DNA of 64,000 bases, taken from NCBI GenBank assembly GCA_963933835.1, contig CAWVVV010000002.1, positions 160,001-224,000 of the forward strand, read 5' to 3'. A program made the translations under genes and the position numbers. Of this stretch, positions 10,149 to 19,912 are shown one piece after another; position 1 is the first letter of the stretch, and every line of letters begins with the position of its first letter. Source of the DNA: an uncultured Puniceicoccaceae bacterium. Lineage in GTDB: Bacteria; Verrucomicrobiota; Verrucomicrobiia; Opitutales; Oceanipulchritudinaceae. Below the pieces are notes generated by a model. The model did no database searches and was not told the DNA's origin. It worked only from the letters and a program-made list of their open reading frames with translations.

Positions 10149-11390
10149 GTGCGAATACTCCGACTTCTCCTCGTCACTTTTTGGCTTACTCAGCTAGTCC
10201 ACGGCATCACCCCGATCAAACTCGGGATCGATATCCTTGAGGAACGACGCTTCGACATATTGCAGGGCCAACGCGTTGGGCTTTTAACCCACCCAGCGGG
10301 TCTCAATCGTCTCGGAGTGAGCTCGATTAAAGTGCTGCGGCAGGCGCCGGAAGTGGATCTAGTCGCGCTCTTCGGGCCTGAACACGGCATCTATGGAGAC
10401 GAGAAAGCCGACGTCCCCGTCGATGACAAGATCGACCCGCGGACCGGCCTACCCGTCTACTCCCTTTATGGAAAGTTTCGCCGGCCCACCGCCGCGATGC
10501 TCGACCGCATCGATGTGCTTGTAGTAGATTTGCAAGACATTGGGACGCGCAGCTACACCTACGTGAGCTGTATGCGCTACGCAATGGAAGCCTGTTTCAA
10601 TGCCGGAAAAACGGTTGTTGTGCTGGACCGTCCAAACCCACTCGGCGGCTTCAAGGTCGATGGTCCGATCCTAGACAACAAGTGGCGGAGCTATGTTGGG
10701 GCCTTCCCTACTCCCTACGTGCACGGTCTTACGATTGGAGAACTCGCCCGTTTCGCTAAGGGGACGCCCGGTGTAATGGAAATTTCGGACGAAATCCGTG
10801 AAAGCGGACAACTCATCGTCGTCCCGATGCAAAGTTGGAACCGACAGATGCTCTGGACTCAGACAGGCCTGAAGTGGGTGCCCACCTCTCCCGCCATCCC
10901 TGATCTCTCAGCCGTCCTCGGCTACCCGATGGCGGGACTCGGAACACAGCTTGGGCGATTCTCTCATGGCTACGGAACCGCCTTCCCGTTTCGCCTTTTG
11001 CGCTACCCCGGTGTCCGGCCTGAAGTGCTCGCGAAAAAGTTGACCTCTAAAGCGATACCTGGACTCGCCTTCCGCGTCATCAATTTCGAACAGAGGGGGA
11101 AACAGATCGAGGGTGTCTACATCGTCGTAACGAACTGGTCCCTCCTCCGTCCCACCGAACTGAGCTTTCACCTCATGCAGCTAGCCTGCGAACTCAGCAA
11201 CTCAAACCCATTCGCAGCCGCCCGTGAATCGCACCAAAACCTCTACAACAAGCACGTCGGTAGCAGTGCTTGGTGGACCGCTTTGAGTGAGCAGGGAGTC
11301 GATGTTCCGGTCGGGACCTTTGTCACCGAATGGGCCGTAGCGGCGAAGGCATGGCAGGCCTCAAGTCGCCCTTTTTGGCTCTACCGCTAG
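10149..11390 (+). CDS. namZ: Exo-beta-N-acetylmuramidase NamZ (DUF1343) family
   Basis: [53 protein letters not shown] start chosen just after the upstream stop. Confidence 0.9.
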   Translation: MRILRLLLVTFWLTQLVHGITPIKLGIDILEERRFDILQGQRVGLLTHPAGLNRLGVSSIKVLRQAPEVDLVALFGPEHGIYGDEKADVPVDDKIDPRTGLPVYSLYGKFRRPTAAMLDRIDVLVVDLQDIGTRSYTYVSCMRYAMEACFNAGKTVVVLDRPNPLGGFKVDGPILDNKWRSYVGAFPTPYVHGLTIGELARFAKGTPGVMEISDEIRESGQLIVVPMQSWNRQMLWTQTGLKWVPTSPAIPDLSAVLGYPMAGLGTQLGRFSHGYGTAFPFRLLRYPGVRPEVLAKKLTSKAIPGLAFRVINFEQRGKQIEGVYIVVTNWSLLRPTELSFHLMQLACELSNSNPFAAARESHQNLYNKHVGSSAWWTALSEQGVDVPVGTFVTEWAVAAKAWQASSRPFWLYR

Positions 11391-11423
11391 CAATAAGCGG
11401 CCGGACCGATGAGCTCCGGACAT

Positions 11424-11458
11424 AAAAAAGCGCTCTGTCCCCATCGGAACAGCGCGCG
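11424..11458 (-). terminator. Rho-independent terminator for the Cys-rich gene
   Basis: Minus strand gcgcgctgttccgatggggacagagcgc followed by a T run. Confidence 0.6.
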
Positions 11459-11541
11459 AAATTCAATTAGGAGCTGAATATAGCGAGTGTGCTATTCGGT
11501 GCTTTCTGCCTTCTCAGCACTCTTTTTCGCAACCTTCGCCA

Positions 11542-11618
11542 CACTCAGGTTTTGCGGCACACTCTCATTTCTCAGCGCACTCAGGTTTTGCGGCACACTC
11601 TCATTTCTCAGCGCACTC
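11542..11618. repeat. 36-bp tandem repeat x2 (encodes ECAAKPECAEK* on the minus strand)
   Basis: cactcaggttttgcggcacactctcatttctcagcg at 11542-11577 and 11578-11613. Confidence 0.95.
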
Positions 11619-11915
11619 TGATTTTTCGGCACAGGCTTCTTTTTCAGCACATTCCGCTTTATCCGCGCAGCATGCTTTTTCTTTTTCACATTTAGCAGCG
11701 CAGCATGCTTTTTCTTTTTCACATTTAGCAGCGCAGCATGCTTTTTCTTTTTCACATTTAGCAGCGCAGCATGCTTTATCACAATCAGCCGAGCAGGCTT
11801 CTTTTTCAGCGCAGCAAGCTTTTGCACGGTCAGCAGGGCAGGCTTCAGCGTGGTGATCGGCGTAAGACATTCCGCCAAGGAACAAGAGGGAGGTAAAAAG
11901 TAGGAGGTTCTTCAT
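11601..11915 (-). CDS. Secreted Cys/Ala/Lys/Glu-rich repeat protein (metallothionein-like); the frame continues through TGA codons
   Basis: Signal peptide MKNLLLFTSLLFLGGMSYA, then DHH and KACCAAKCEKE repeats. Confidence 0.8.
   Translation of the reverse strand: MKNLLLFTSLLFLGGMSYADHHAEACPADRAKACCAEKEACSADCDKACCAAKCEKEKACCAAKCEKEKACCAAKCEKEKACCADKAECAEKEACAEKSECAEK
11665..11777. repeat. 33-bp perfect tandem repeat x3.4 (KACCAAKCEKE)
   Basis: gcgcagcatgctttttctttttcacatttagca at 11665, 11698, 11731 and a partial copy at 11764. Confidence 0.95.
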
Positions 11916-12117
11916 CGTTGATTTATTGGAGGATTATTTCGGTAAAGGAGTAAGAGAAGTGCACTGGACAATTTATTCAATTAAATATCGGTATTCTTTG
12001 AAGAAGTAACAAGTGATTATCTCCCAATAAGGTATAGAGGCTACACTCTAAGCGCCATTGGCACTCGCCAATTCAGCAACGAAACCAAGAAAACCGCCCA
12101 CAGCTCGCCAACGCCTA

Positions 12118-12146
12118 TTGACCCCAATTAATGATTATCAATTATT
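12118..12146 (+). promoter_or_regulatory. Putative sigma70 promoter overlapped by a Fur-box-like site
   Basis: TTGACC at 12118-12123 followed by attaatgattatcaattat (12/19 match to GATAATGATAATCATTATC). Confidence 0.35.
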
Positions 12147-12223
12147 GCCCCTGCAGGCTGACGCATTAGCTACTATTAGACCCCCAGCGATCGAGTTACA
12201 CCTCACTCAACACCACCTCCCCT

Positions 12224-14034
12224 ATGATCAATACCATCTCCCATTTCGACTACGGCGTCATCGCCCTCTATTTCGGCTTTATGGTCCTGATCGGGTATGT
12301 CTTCCGAACCTTCATCACGAATACGAAGGACTACTTCGTCGGCGGGGGATCGATGCTTTGGTGGATGACGGGGTCTTCGGCCTTCATGATGGCCTTCAGC
12401 GCGTGGACTTTTACGGGCGCAGCGAGCAGCGCTTACACCCACGGCCCAATCATGGTCATGACGATTTTTATGGGTAATGCCGTCGGCTTTTTTGTGAACT
12501 ACATTTGGTCGGCCGCGCTTTTTCGCCAGATGCGTGTGTTGACGCCGATTTAGGCGATGCGGATGCGCTTTGGCCGCGTCAATGAGCAGTTTTCACCTGG
12601 TCGTTTGTTCCGACGAACGTCGTTCAGGGTAGGATTTGGCTAACCGGTCTGGGTGTCTTTTGCGCGGCGGTCTTCGGCTTCGATTTGCAGACGACGATCA
12701 TCGTGACGGGTTCGGTCGTGGTCTTTGTCTCCCTTGTGGGAGGTAGTTGGGCAGTCGTCGCGAGTGACTTTATGCAGGTGCTCGTGATCCTGCCGATCTC
12801 GATCATCATGGCCTATTTTACCCTCGATCATATCGGTGGTGTGGGCCAGCTGATTGAACAGTTCCCAGTAGAGTCTCCCTTGGGCAATGACCTGAACTAC
12901 CGGACGATCCTTGTTTTCTGGGTCCTCGCGATGATCCTTCAGAAGCTGCTTTCGCTGAACAACATCATGGATGCGTATCGCTTCCTGACGGCGAAAGACA
13001 CGGAAAACGCCCGCAAGGCGTCCCTCCTCGCTTCGGTGCTTTTCCTCATCGGGCCGATCCTTTGGTTCATCCCGCCGATGGTCGCGGCGATCGTCTATCC
13101 TTCTGTCGCAGGGGAAGGGCAGCAAACGCTCGGTGAGTTGATGCCTGGGCTTTCAAATCCTGCCGAGGGTGCCTATGTCGCGATGGGCCTGAAGCTGCTG
13201 CCGGCAGGTATGATCGGTATCCTCCTCTCGGCTATTTTTGCCGCGACGATGTCCTCGATGGACAGTGGTCTGAACCGCAATGCGGGGATCATCGTTAAGA
13301 ATTTCTACAACAGTGTCTTGCGCCCAGAGGCCACTGATAAGGAGCTTCTCACCGCGAGCAAGCTGACAACAGCGCTGCTCGGGGTCGGCATCATCAGTGC
13401 AGCGGTCTGGTTTAGTAATAACGAAACGCTGGGCCTCTTCGACCTCATGTTGCAGTTTACGGCCCTGATCGCACTCCCGCTGAATGTGCCGATGCTCTGG
13501 GGAATGGTCTTTAAGCGCACGCCGGACTGGTCAGGCTGGGCGACAGCACTTTTTGGTCTCTGTGTCGCGTGGTCGGTGAAGCACTTCTTTGATCCCGTCT
13601 GGGCGGAGAGCTTCTTTAACCTCGAAGTGCCGATGACGGCTCGTGAGATCAATGACTATATCTTCCTCACCGCTGTGATCTCGAATGTGGGGCTGTCCTC
13701 CCTCTTCTTCTGGTCTACCAAGTTCTTTTACAAAGAGCCGACGGAAGGTGAGCGCAAAGAAGAGTCAGACCTCCTTTTCAAGAACATGCATACCCCAGCT
13801 ACGGTGGCGGAAAATGAAGGCCGCTCGACGGATACCCGCCAAGCGAAGATTCTTGGCTACCTTTCGATGGCCTACGGTGGCTTTATCGCTCTGCTCATCT
13901 TCATCCCGAATCCAATTGAAGGGCGGTTGGCGTTTTTATTCTGCGGTGCGTTTCTCGCAACGATCGGTGGTCTTCTCCTGCTCTCCGCGCGCAAAAGTGC
14001 TCGCGTGGACAAGGCGCTAGAGAATGCAGGCTAG
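12224..14034 (+). pseudogene. Sodium:solute symporter (SSS) pseudogene
   Basis: DYFVGGGSMLWW, FSAWTFTGAA, AATMSSMDSGLN; in-frame TAG at 12551-12553 and a -1 frameshift in a T run near 12590. Confidence 0.85.
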
Positions 14035-14107
14035 GGCTGGCTGCAGGTTGTTTGGAGCGATAGTGGCGTAAGCCGGTGCCCTACGAGGCACTGGATAAAG
14101 CGTGGTG

Positions 14108-14938
14108 TTACTCTTTCGGCCACGTCTGCCAAGCGGGTGACCAACAGGTCGTTCTCCCGCCGATTTTTTCTCGCTCCAGCGGCTTGCCCGTTTGCGGGCA
14201 GAAACCGCCGTCTTTCCAGCGATGGTTAAAGAGCCAGTGGCCTGGGACTTGCGCGTTGAGTGACTGGGGCACATGGCCTCCACCTTGGTCTGCGATCTCT
14301 CTCATCGCGTCCTCTGTGACCTCGATGATGCGGGCGTAAAGTTGGCTCAGCTTTTGGCCTTTTATTTGGCCAGCGAGGCAGTCTGGCCGAATCCGCGCGC
14401 GCCAGAGGATTTCGTCCGCCATCCAATTTCCAATGCCGGGGAAACGTTCCTGCATGAGCAGCACCGCTTTAATCGGGGCACGCTGCCGCCGGATCAGGAA
14501 TGCCTTTACTACGTCTCGGGTGAACGCTTCTGAAAGCACCGGCGGCGGCAGTTTTGTCCACCACTGCGGGAGCTCCTCGCCTGACGCCCACTCCACCTTT
14601 CCAAACATACGATAGTCAGAAAAAACGAGCGCGCGCTTTGATGTGTAGAGGACGAGATGATCGTGCCGATCTGGCACCATCACTGGATCAGCAACGAGCA
14701 ACCTGCCCGCCATCCCAAGGTGGATCCCAAGGCACCCCGCTTTAAAGCGAAAGAGCATCTGCTTCGCCTGTGCCTCGGAGTCGATCAGGACCGAACCCGT
14801 GAGCGACTTCTTCAACTTTATGCAGTCCACCTCCCGAAAAATCCGCGCCTTCGGGTGCAACGCTACTCGCTCGATACGCTCACCGTGTCCAGGCGCCCAT
14901 TGACGCCGAAAAAACTCAACTTCTGCCAGCTCAGGCAT
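14108..14938 (-). CDS. Fpg/Nei family DNA glycosylase
   Basis: MPELAEVE N-terminus, HLGMAG, H2TH motif IKAVLLMQERFPGIGNWMADEILW, degenerate finger CPQTG...GGRTTCWSPAWQ. Confidence 0.9.
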   Translation of the reverse strand: MPELAEVEFFRRQWAPGHGERIERVALHPKARIFREVDCIKLKKSLTGSVLIDSEAQAKQMLFRFKAGCLGIHLGMAGRLLVADPVMVPDRHDHLVLYTSKRALVFSDYRMFGKVEWASGEELPQWWTKLPPPVLSEAFTRDVVKAFLIRRQRAPIKAVLLMQERFPGIGNWMADEILWRARIRPDCLAGQIKGQKLSQLYARIIEVTEDAMREIADQGGGHVPQSLNAQVPGHWLFNHRWKDGGFCPQTGKPLEREKIGGRTTCWSPAWQTWPKE

Positions 14939-14941
14939 GGG

Positions 14942-16042
14942 CTAGCCCTGTTCGCCAAGGCAACGGACAGCGACTTCGGCCATGATGGCTTCCTGCTCGT
15001 TCGGACGGTCAAGAATGCCCGTAAACGCCGAAACGAAGGCCTCTTGAAAATTCATCAATTGCTTGAGCGAGAGATGTCGCAAAGGCATCGCGAGACGGCT
15101 GAGATACCATGGGTTCTGAGAAAACAGATTGAAGCTCGATTTTGCAGTCGAGCCCTCGAAGGCCTCGCCAAAACGTGCCGCGGCTTGTTCGAGCGCGGGC
15201 TTCGAGATGCGATCGCTCAAGGCTCTGGCGTCTTGCAGCGCCTTGATCTGTAGAAGGAGGCGATTGCGGTTTTGCAAAGAGGTGATCATCGGGCGCCCAT
15301 CGTGCCCCGCAAAGAAGTGCTGCCGAATCGCTCGGAGCGTCCACTGGAGGTCTAGGCTATAGAAGGCTTCTGCCGTCTCAAAAAAGTCGCCTTCACCAAA
15401 ATTCGGGACGAGTTCGGTGATGTGTTGCTCTTCAATACGCCCCCCCTCAGCCCCTAGATAAGTTGCGAGTTTGCGGACTTCTTCGAGACCAAGGCGGAGA
15501 TTGCCGTTGATCTTTGCCATGAGGACTTCGGCAGAGCCGGGAGCCATCGTCACACCCTGTTTTTCTGCTTCACGGTTCAGCTCAGCCGCAGACGCCGTCC
15601 CGTCATTTTTATCCTCTAGAAATTCGTATGCGCCGTTCTTCTTCCACCAATCGACGAGCTTTTTACTCCGGCGGCTGAAGGGGCTGGCCGAAAGCAAAAC
15701 GGCGACTTCGCCTGCTTTGAGTCCCTCAAGCGTCGCCTGAATTTTTGCGATGAGCTCTTTTGCTCCTTCGGTCCCGCCGGGGCGGGCATCGCCAGAGAAA
15801 GAAATATTCTTGAACCAGACCGCTTTACGATCACCGAACATCGGCATCGTCTGAACAGCGCTGATAAATCGTCCAACCGCCACATCCGCCTCGGTCAAAT
15901 TGCTCGATTGTCCATCAACAATCTCTACCGCATAGGGGTCGTCAATCCCCTTGGAAAAAGTCGCCCAATGCTCCGCCGCGCGTCGCATGACACGAAAATC
16001 ATCCGGACCGCAGACAAGCGTAAATGCCTTCTCAGCACTCAC
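14942..16042 (-). CDS. holA: DNA polymerase III subunit delta
   Basis: LVCGPDDF, TMPMFGDRKAVW, GNLRLGLEEVRKLATY, 366 aa. Confidence 0.85.
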   Translation of the reverse strand: MSAEKAFTLVCGPDDFRVMRRAAEHWATFSKGIDDPYAVEIVDGQSSNLTEADVAVGRFISAVQTMPMFGDRKAVWFKNISFSGDARPGGTEGAKELIAKIQATLEGLKAGEVAVLLSASPFSRRSKKLVDWWKKNGAYEFLEDKNDGTASAAELNREAEKQGVTMAPGSAEVLMAKINGNLRLGLEEVRKLATYLGAEGGRIEEQHITELVPNFGEGDFFETAEAFYSLDLQWTLRAIRQHFFAGHDGRPMITSLQNRNRLLLQIKALQDARALSDRISKPALEQAAARFGEAFEGSTAKSSFNLFSQNPWYLSRLAMPLRHLSLKQLMNFQEAFVSAFTGILDRPNEQEAIMAEVAVRCLGEQG

Positions 16043-16265
16043 CGTTTTTAGCCTCCTTGCCTCGGCGCGTTGTCAGGGCGCAAATCAAACCTTGGTCAAA
16101 ATTCAGCCGAGGAAGTATCCGTTTTCTCAATACACGCTTGAGCAATGCATTAGCGTTAAAGAGGCCGAGTGAAACCAGGATCACAAGAAGAAGCGAAAGC
16201 GGTGTGAAGGAAATCGTTCCAACGGAAAACTCACGCAACCAAAACTCGAGTAAAAACCATTCCAT
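16032..16265 (-). pseudogene. N-terminal remnant of an MscS/MscK-type mechanosensitive channel
   Basis: FSVGTISFTPLSLL...LKRVLRKRILPRLNFDQGL resembles MscS TM1 and the D.G loop, then breaks off into the holA upstream region. Confidence 0.55.
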
Positions 16266-16304
16266 GTCTCTAGTGGACTAACGGCGCAGTCAGTCGACGA
16301 GCGC

Positions 16305-17117
16305 TTAAGGAAGGTTAATCTGCCCCATCCCTACACGCAGATCAGGGACGGTCAGACCATTTGTATACTCGATTGAAAGAAAATTACCGCTCGAGTACTT
16401 GATCAGGAGTGGTCCGTCTTTCTCGACCTGCTGAACGTTTCCTTCGTTGAGAATTCCACGAAACAGGCGCTCACGCGTGATAATATTCTCCACGATCAGG
16501 GTGACATCTCCTCCGACAGCTCGGAAGATCATCGTCGTCGGATCGTCTGGGATCCTGAGCGCAGCGGGCCCGGCGGATTCAGTCGTCGATGGGTCGTTTG
16601 ACTGTGTCGACTGGACGGTTGAGGAATCTCCACTGCCTAGGAGCCAAACGAGCAAAAAGACGAGCAGGACGACTAAAGCAGCTCCCGCGAGTCCTGCCGC
16701 GATTTTCAAATACAGGGTGTTGTCCGTCAGGATGGCTGTCGGACGCGCCGGCGGTTCTTGGCGAGTCGCCGGCGTATCGCCTTCTGGACGCGGGGCGGCG
16801 GGGGCTTCATCAGACGGCAGCTCCATCCGACCATAGACCGGGCGGTCTTCGCTAGCGGACGAACGCTCCCGATGGATCACAGCGCTTCCGCGAAACTGCG
16901 CATCGTAATCCGTCATGATCTTATCTGGATCCAGCTTCAGGAAGATTGCGTAGTTCCGGAGAAACCCTCGCCGGTATATTTCCGGCAATGCAATCTCCAT
17001 CGAGTTGTCCTCCATCGACGCGAGATACTCGCTCCGTATCTTGGTCGCGTCAGCGACCTCACCAATCGATATTCCTTTGCGCTTACGCGCTTCTTCTAGT
17101 TTCTCGCCAATCGTCAT
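16305..17117 (-). CDS. rodZ: RodZ-like HTH membrane protein
   Basis: IGEKLEEARKRKGISI..VA.ATKIR..YL, YRRGFLRNYA..L.LD, single TM segment, periplasmic tail. Confidence 0.82.
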   Translation of the reverse strand: MTIGEKLEEARKRKGISIGEVADATKIRSEYLASMEDNSMEIALPEIYRRGFLRNYAIFLKLDPDKIMTDYDAQFRGSAVIHRERSSASEDRPVYGRMELPSDEAPAAPRPEGDTPATRQEPPARPTAILTDNTLYLKIAAGLAGAALVVLLVFLLVWLLGSGDSSTVQSTQSNDPSTTESAGPAALRIPDDPTTMIFRAVGGDVTLIVENIITRERLFRGILNEGNVQQVEKDGPLLIKYSSGNFLSIEYTNGLTVPDLRVGMGQINLP

Positions 17118-17228
17118 GTAGGCCTCGCCTCTTCTGAATTGAGGGAAAGAGTGTTAGGCGTTGCTGGTGAAATCAAATAAAATAGCCACCTGAACAGCGT
17201 CTCTTTTGCGATCGGCTCTAAATGCCGT

Positions 17229-17759
17229 TCAGGAAGCAGATTTTGCCTTCGCCGCCGTGAATGCAGCGATCGCATCAGCCGCCTGTGAGCCAGGTGATAC
17301 CGAAGTATCGATCCAAGCAACCTTGCGATCGACAATAAGGAACGACTGCCGCTTGTGCAGCGGAAGCACCCCCAGCGTCGAGCCGACGCCAAATGCCTCA
17401 CCAAGAGCACCATCCACATCAGCTACGACGTCGAAAGGAAGTGCATACGCCTCCTTAAACCTAGCTTGCTTCTCTACATCGTCACGACTGACGCCCAAAA
17501 CGGTGAGGCCTACCGCAGACGTTTCGCTCACATTGTCGCGAAGGTTACAGGCTTGGATATCACACCCACGCGTGAAGGACTTTGGGTAAAAGTAGATCAA
17601 GACCGGACCCGCCGCGTAAATTTCTGCCAAATCGAGCATTTCGCCCGTCTGGATCGTTACACTGATGGCTGGAGCCTCAGCTCCGACCGCGAGGGGGTCT
17701 TTTCCGAATGCAAACATGGTAAGCGAGAATAAGGCGGTGAGAGCGACCAATGCTTTCAT
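17229..17759 (-). CDS. Exported peroxiredoxin (BCP/PrxQ type)
   Basis: Signal peptide; YFYPKSFTRGCDIQAC (PxxxTxxC), GVSRD. Confidence 0.88.
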   Translation of the reverse strand: MKALVALTALFSLTMFAFGKDPLAVGAEAPAISVTIQTGEMLDLAEIYAAGPVLIYFYPKSFTRGCDIQACNLRDNVSETSAVGLTVLGVSRDDVEKQARFKEAYALPFDVVADVDGALGEAFGVGSTLGVLPLHKRQSFLIVDRKVAWIDTSVSPGSQAADAIAAFTAAKAKSAS

Positions 17760-17850
17760 GCCCTATCGAAGCGCCTTGAATCCCGCTGCGCAACACCTCG
17801 CAGTAGATTTCTACAAAACCCTGTGGTGCAGGCTGGCCGTGAAGAGCACG

Positions 17851-18222
17851 CTAGCGCGTTGCCCAGAGTGGATTTTCCCGAGCTGTATCAATCAGCTTCT
17901 GAGTCGTCCGGTCGAGTCGGTTCGCAAGGGTCTTGATGATCGTGACCGCCACTTCAGGTTCCTCGCGGACGAGCTCATCGAGTGAATCAAAATTGTAGTG
18001 ACTGATCTCTGAAGGATTCTTCGCCCGCACCTTACAAGTGCGTTCGCCCCCTAGGATATCACTCATCTCTCCAAACACGGTCCCAGGATACATCAGGACT
18101 GAGAGAAGGACGTCGTCTTTGAAGACCTCTAGGGTGCCTCTGCGCAGAACGAAGAAGCCAGAGCCATCTTCACCTTGCTCAACGATATTTTCCCCAGGAC
18201 TAACTTCGATCATTTCATGCAT
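17851..18222 (-). CDS. Stand-alone cyclic-nucleotide-binding domain protein
   Basis: GENIVEQGEDG..FFVL..G.LEV, PGTVFGEMS, RTCKVRA. Confidence 0.85.
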   Translation of the reverse strand: MHEMIEVSPGENIVEQGEDGSGFFVLRRGTLEVFKDDVLLSVLMYPGTVFGEMSDILGGERTCKVRAKNPSEISHYNFDSLDELVREEPEVAVTIIKTLANRLDRTTQKLIDTARENPLWATR

Positions 18223-18363
18223 AACAACGGACAGGATTGAAGCACTGATTGCACACTAAGACGACCCCAGGAGCAAGGATACAACGGACAAAGGCAGCCC
18301 TCGTGGCCGATTTTAAAAAGTATTTATAAACCCTAGGGCGAATGTCTCGCTAGCATACGTATT

Positions 18364-19839
18364 TTAACGGATCTCCTGCAAAAACGCATACAAGCGCTCG
18401 GCCAACTTTGGTCCAATCCCTTCAACCGTTTGAAGGGCCTCTTGATCCGCGCGGCGCATCGCGGCCATGTTGCCAAACTTATCCAAGAGCGCCGCTCGGC
18501 GGACTTTGCCAAGGCCGTCGAAATCATCGAGCACAGTCTCCTTCAGGCGCGCACTGCGAAGTTCAGCATTAAAGGAATTAGCAAAGCGATGGGCCTCGTC
18601 GCGAACGCGCTGGAGAAGTAGCCGTGCTGGTTCATGCCCAGGGAGCAGTAGTGGTTCGCGCCTGTCTGAAAAAATGAGCGCCTCTTCCTTTTTCGCTAAA
18701 CCGATGAGCGGCGGTGGCTCGAGGCCTTGTGCCAGAAATGCTTTCAGCGCCGAGCTCACCTGCCCGCGCCCCCCATCGATGACAACGAGCTGTGGAAAAG
18801 CGCGGCCTTCGTCATGCAAGCGGCGGTAGCGGCGGCCAACGACCTCTTCCATCGCACGGAAGTCGTCGTTCCCCACGAAACTACGGATGCGGTAGCGGCG
18901 ATACTGCGCCTTGTCGGCAACGCCCTCTGTAAAGTGTACCATCGAGGCGACACAAAAGGTACCCGAGATGTGTGAGATGTCGAAGCACTCGATGTTACGT
19001 GGGCGTTCCTCTAAGCCGAGATGCTCAGCCAGCTTCTCAAGAACGGCGAGCGGATCGTTCGGCTTGAGCGGATCACGGACAAATTTGCGCGTGCGCTGGA
19101 TAGTGCCTTTGAGTGCAACGATGAGGTCGCGTAGCTGGGCGGCGCGCTCGTAGCGACGGTCCTCCGCAACCTCGAGCATTTCGGCTTCCAGATCCTTCAG
19201 CCATTCGCGCGATTTTCCTTCGAGAAAGACACAGCCTTCGCGCACCCGCTCAGCATAGGTCTTTGTATCCACAATATTACTATGTCCATAGATCTCGGCG
19301 CGGGCGTCGTCGTAGAGCACCCAGTTGCCATCATCGAGGCGCTTCGGCGTAGCATCGTGAAGAAGAATGCCATATTTCAGGCGCAGTTCAGCGAGTGTTT
19401 TTCGCAGCAGCCCGGAGTGGGCAAAAGGGCCGAAGTAGAGCGATTGGTCGTTTTGCTTAAAGCGCACGAGGCGGAAGCGTGGGATCGGATTCTCAATGTC
19501 TACGCGAACGAGCAGAAAGCGCTTATCGTCAACAAAGTCGGTGTTGTATTTCGGCTTCCACTCTTTGATCAGCTTACCTTCGAGGAGAAGCGCTTCGCTC
19601 TCGTTCTTCACCTCGATGATATCGAAGTCCGCGATGAGATCGAGCATCGCGGCCACCTTGGGCTGCTGCCACCGTTGGCGACGCGACGCCTGAAAATAGG
19701 TCGACACTCGGCGCTTCAGATTCTTCGCCTTACCCACATAGAGAATACCCCCGAAGCGGTCTTTCATCAAGTAGACCCCGGGCCCCTGCGACAGGAGCCG
19801 GACCTTTTCTTTCAACGCTGAGCGGTCGGGGTGAGGCAT
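18364..19839 (-). CDS. uvrC: Excinuclease ABC subunit C (short form)
   Basis: GIY-YIG PGVYLM..YVGKAKNLKRRV, IECFDISH, IDGGRGQ, QRVRDEAHRFA, C-terminal HhH. Confidence 0.95.
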   Translation of the reverse strand: MPHPDRSALKEKVRLLSQGPGVYLMKDRFGGILYVGKAKNLKRRVSTYFQASRRQRWQQPKVAAMLDLIADFDIIEVKNESEALLLEGKLIKEWKPKYNTDFVDDKRFLLVRVDIENPIPRFRLVRFKQNDQSLYFGPFAHSGLLRKTLAELRLKYGILLHDATPKRLDDGNWVLYDDARAEIYGHSNIVDTKTYAERVREGCVFLEGKSREWLKDLEAEMLEVAEDRRYERAAQLRDLIVALKGTIQRTRKFVRDPLKPNDPLAVLEKLAEHLGLEERPRNIECFDISHISGTFCVASMVHFTEGVADKAQYRRYRIRSFVGNDDFRAMEEVVGRRYRRLHDEGRAFPQLVVIDGGRGQVSSALKAFLAQGLEPPPLIGLAKKEEALIFSDRREPLLLPGHEPARLLLQRVRDEAHRFANSFNAELRSARLKETVLDDFDGLGKVRRAALLDKFGNMAAMRRADQEALQTVEGIGPKLAERLYAFLQEIR

Positions 19840-19912
19840 AGGAATGTGATACACCACCTTGCATTCTCTCTTTGGGGGCGCAAGTTGATGGTCTCAAGTG
19901 CTTTAATTAACT

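Noticed and set aside
11542..11777. CRISPR-like 33/36-bp repeats
   Set aside because: Head-to-tail with no spacers and lengths are multiples of 3, so they are coding repeats
11492..11878. Lys-rich histone-like ORF (128 aa, minus strand)
   Set aside because: Alternative frame of the Cys-rich gene, which has the signal peptide and ATG start; only its last residues (AEKAESTE) may be a real displaced tail
18224..18290. acaacggaca direct repeat upstream of the cNMP-domain gene
   Set aside because: Only 10 bp x2 with no further support; may be chance
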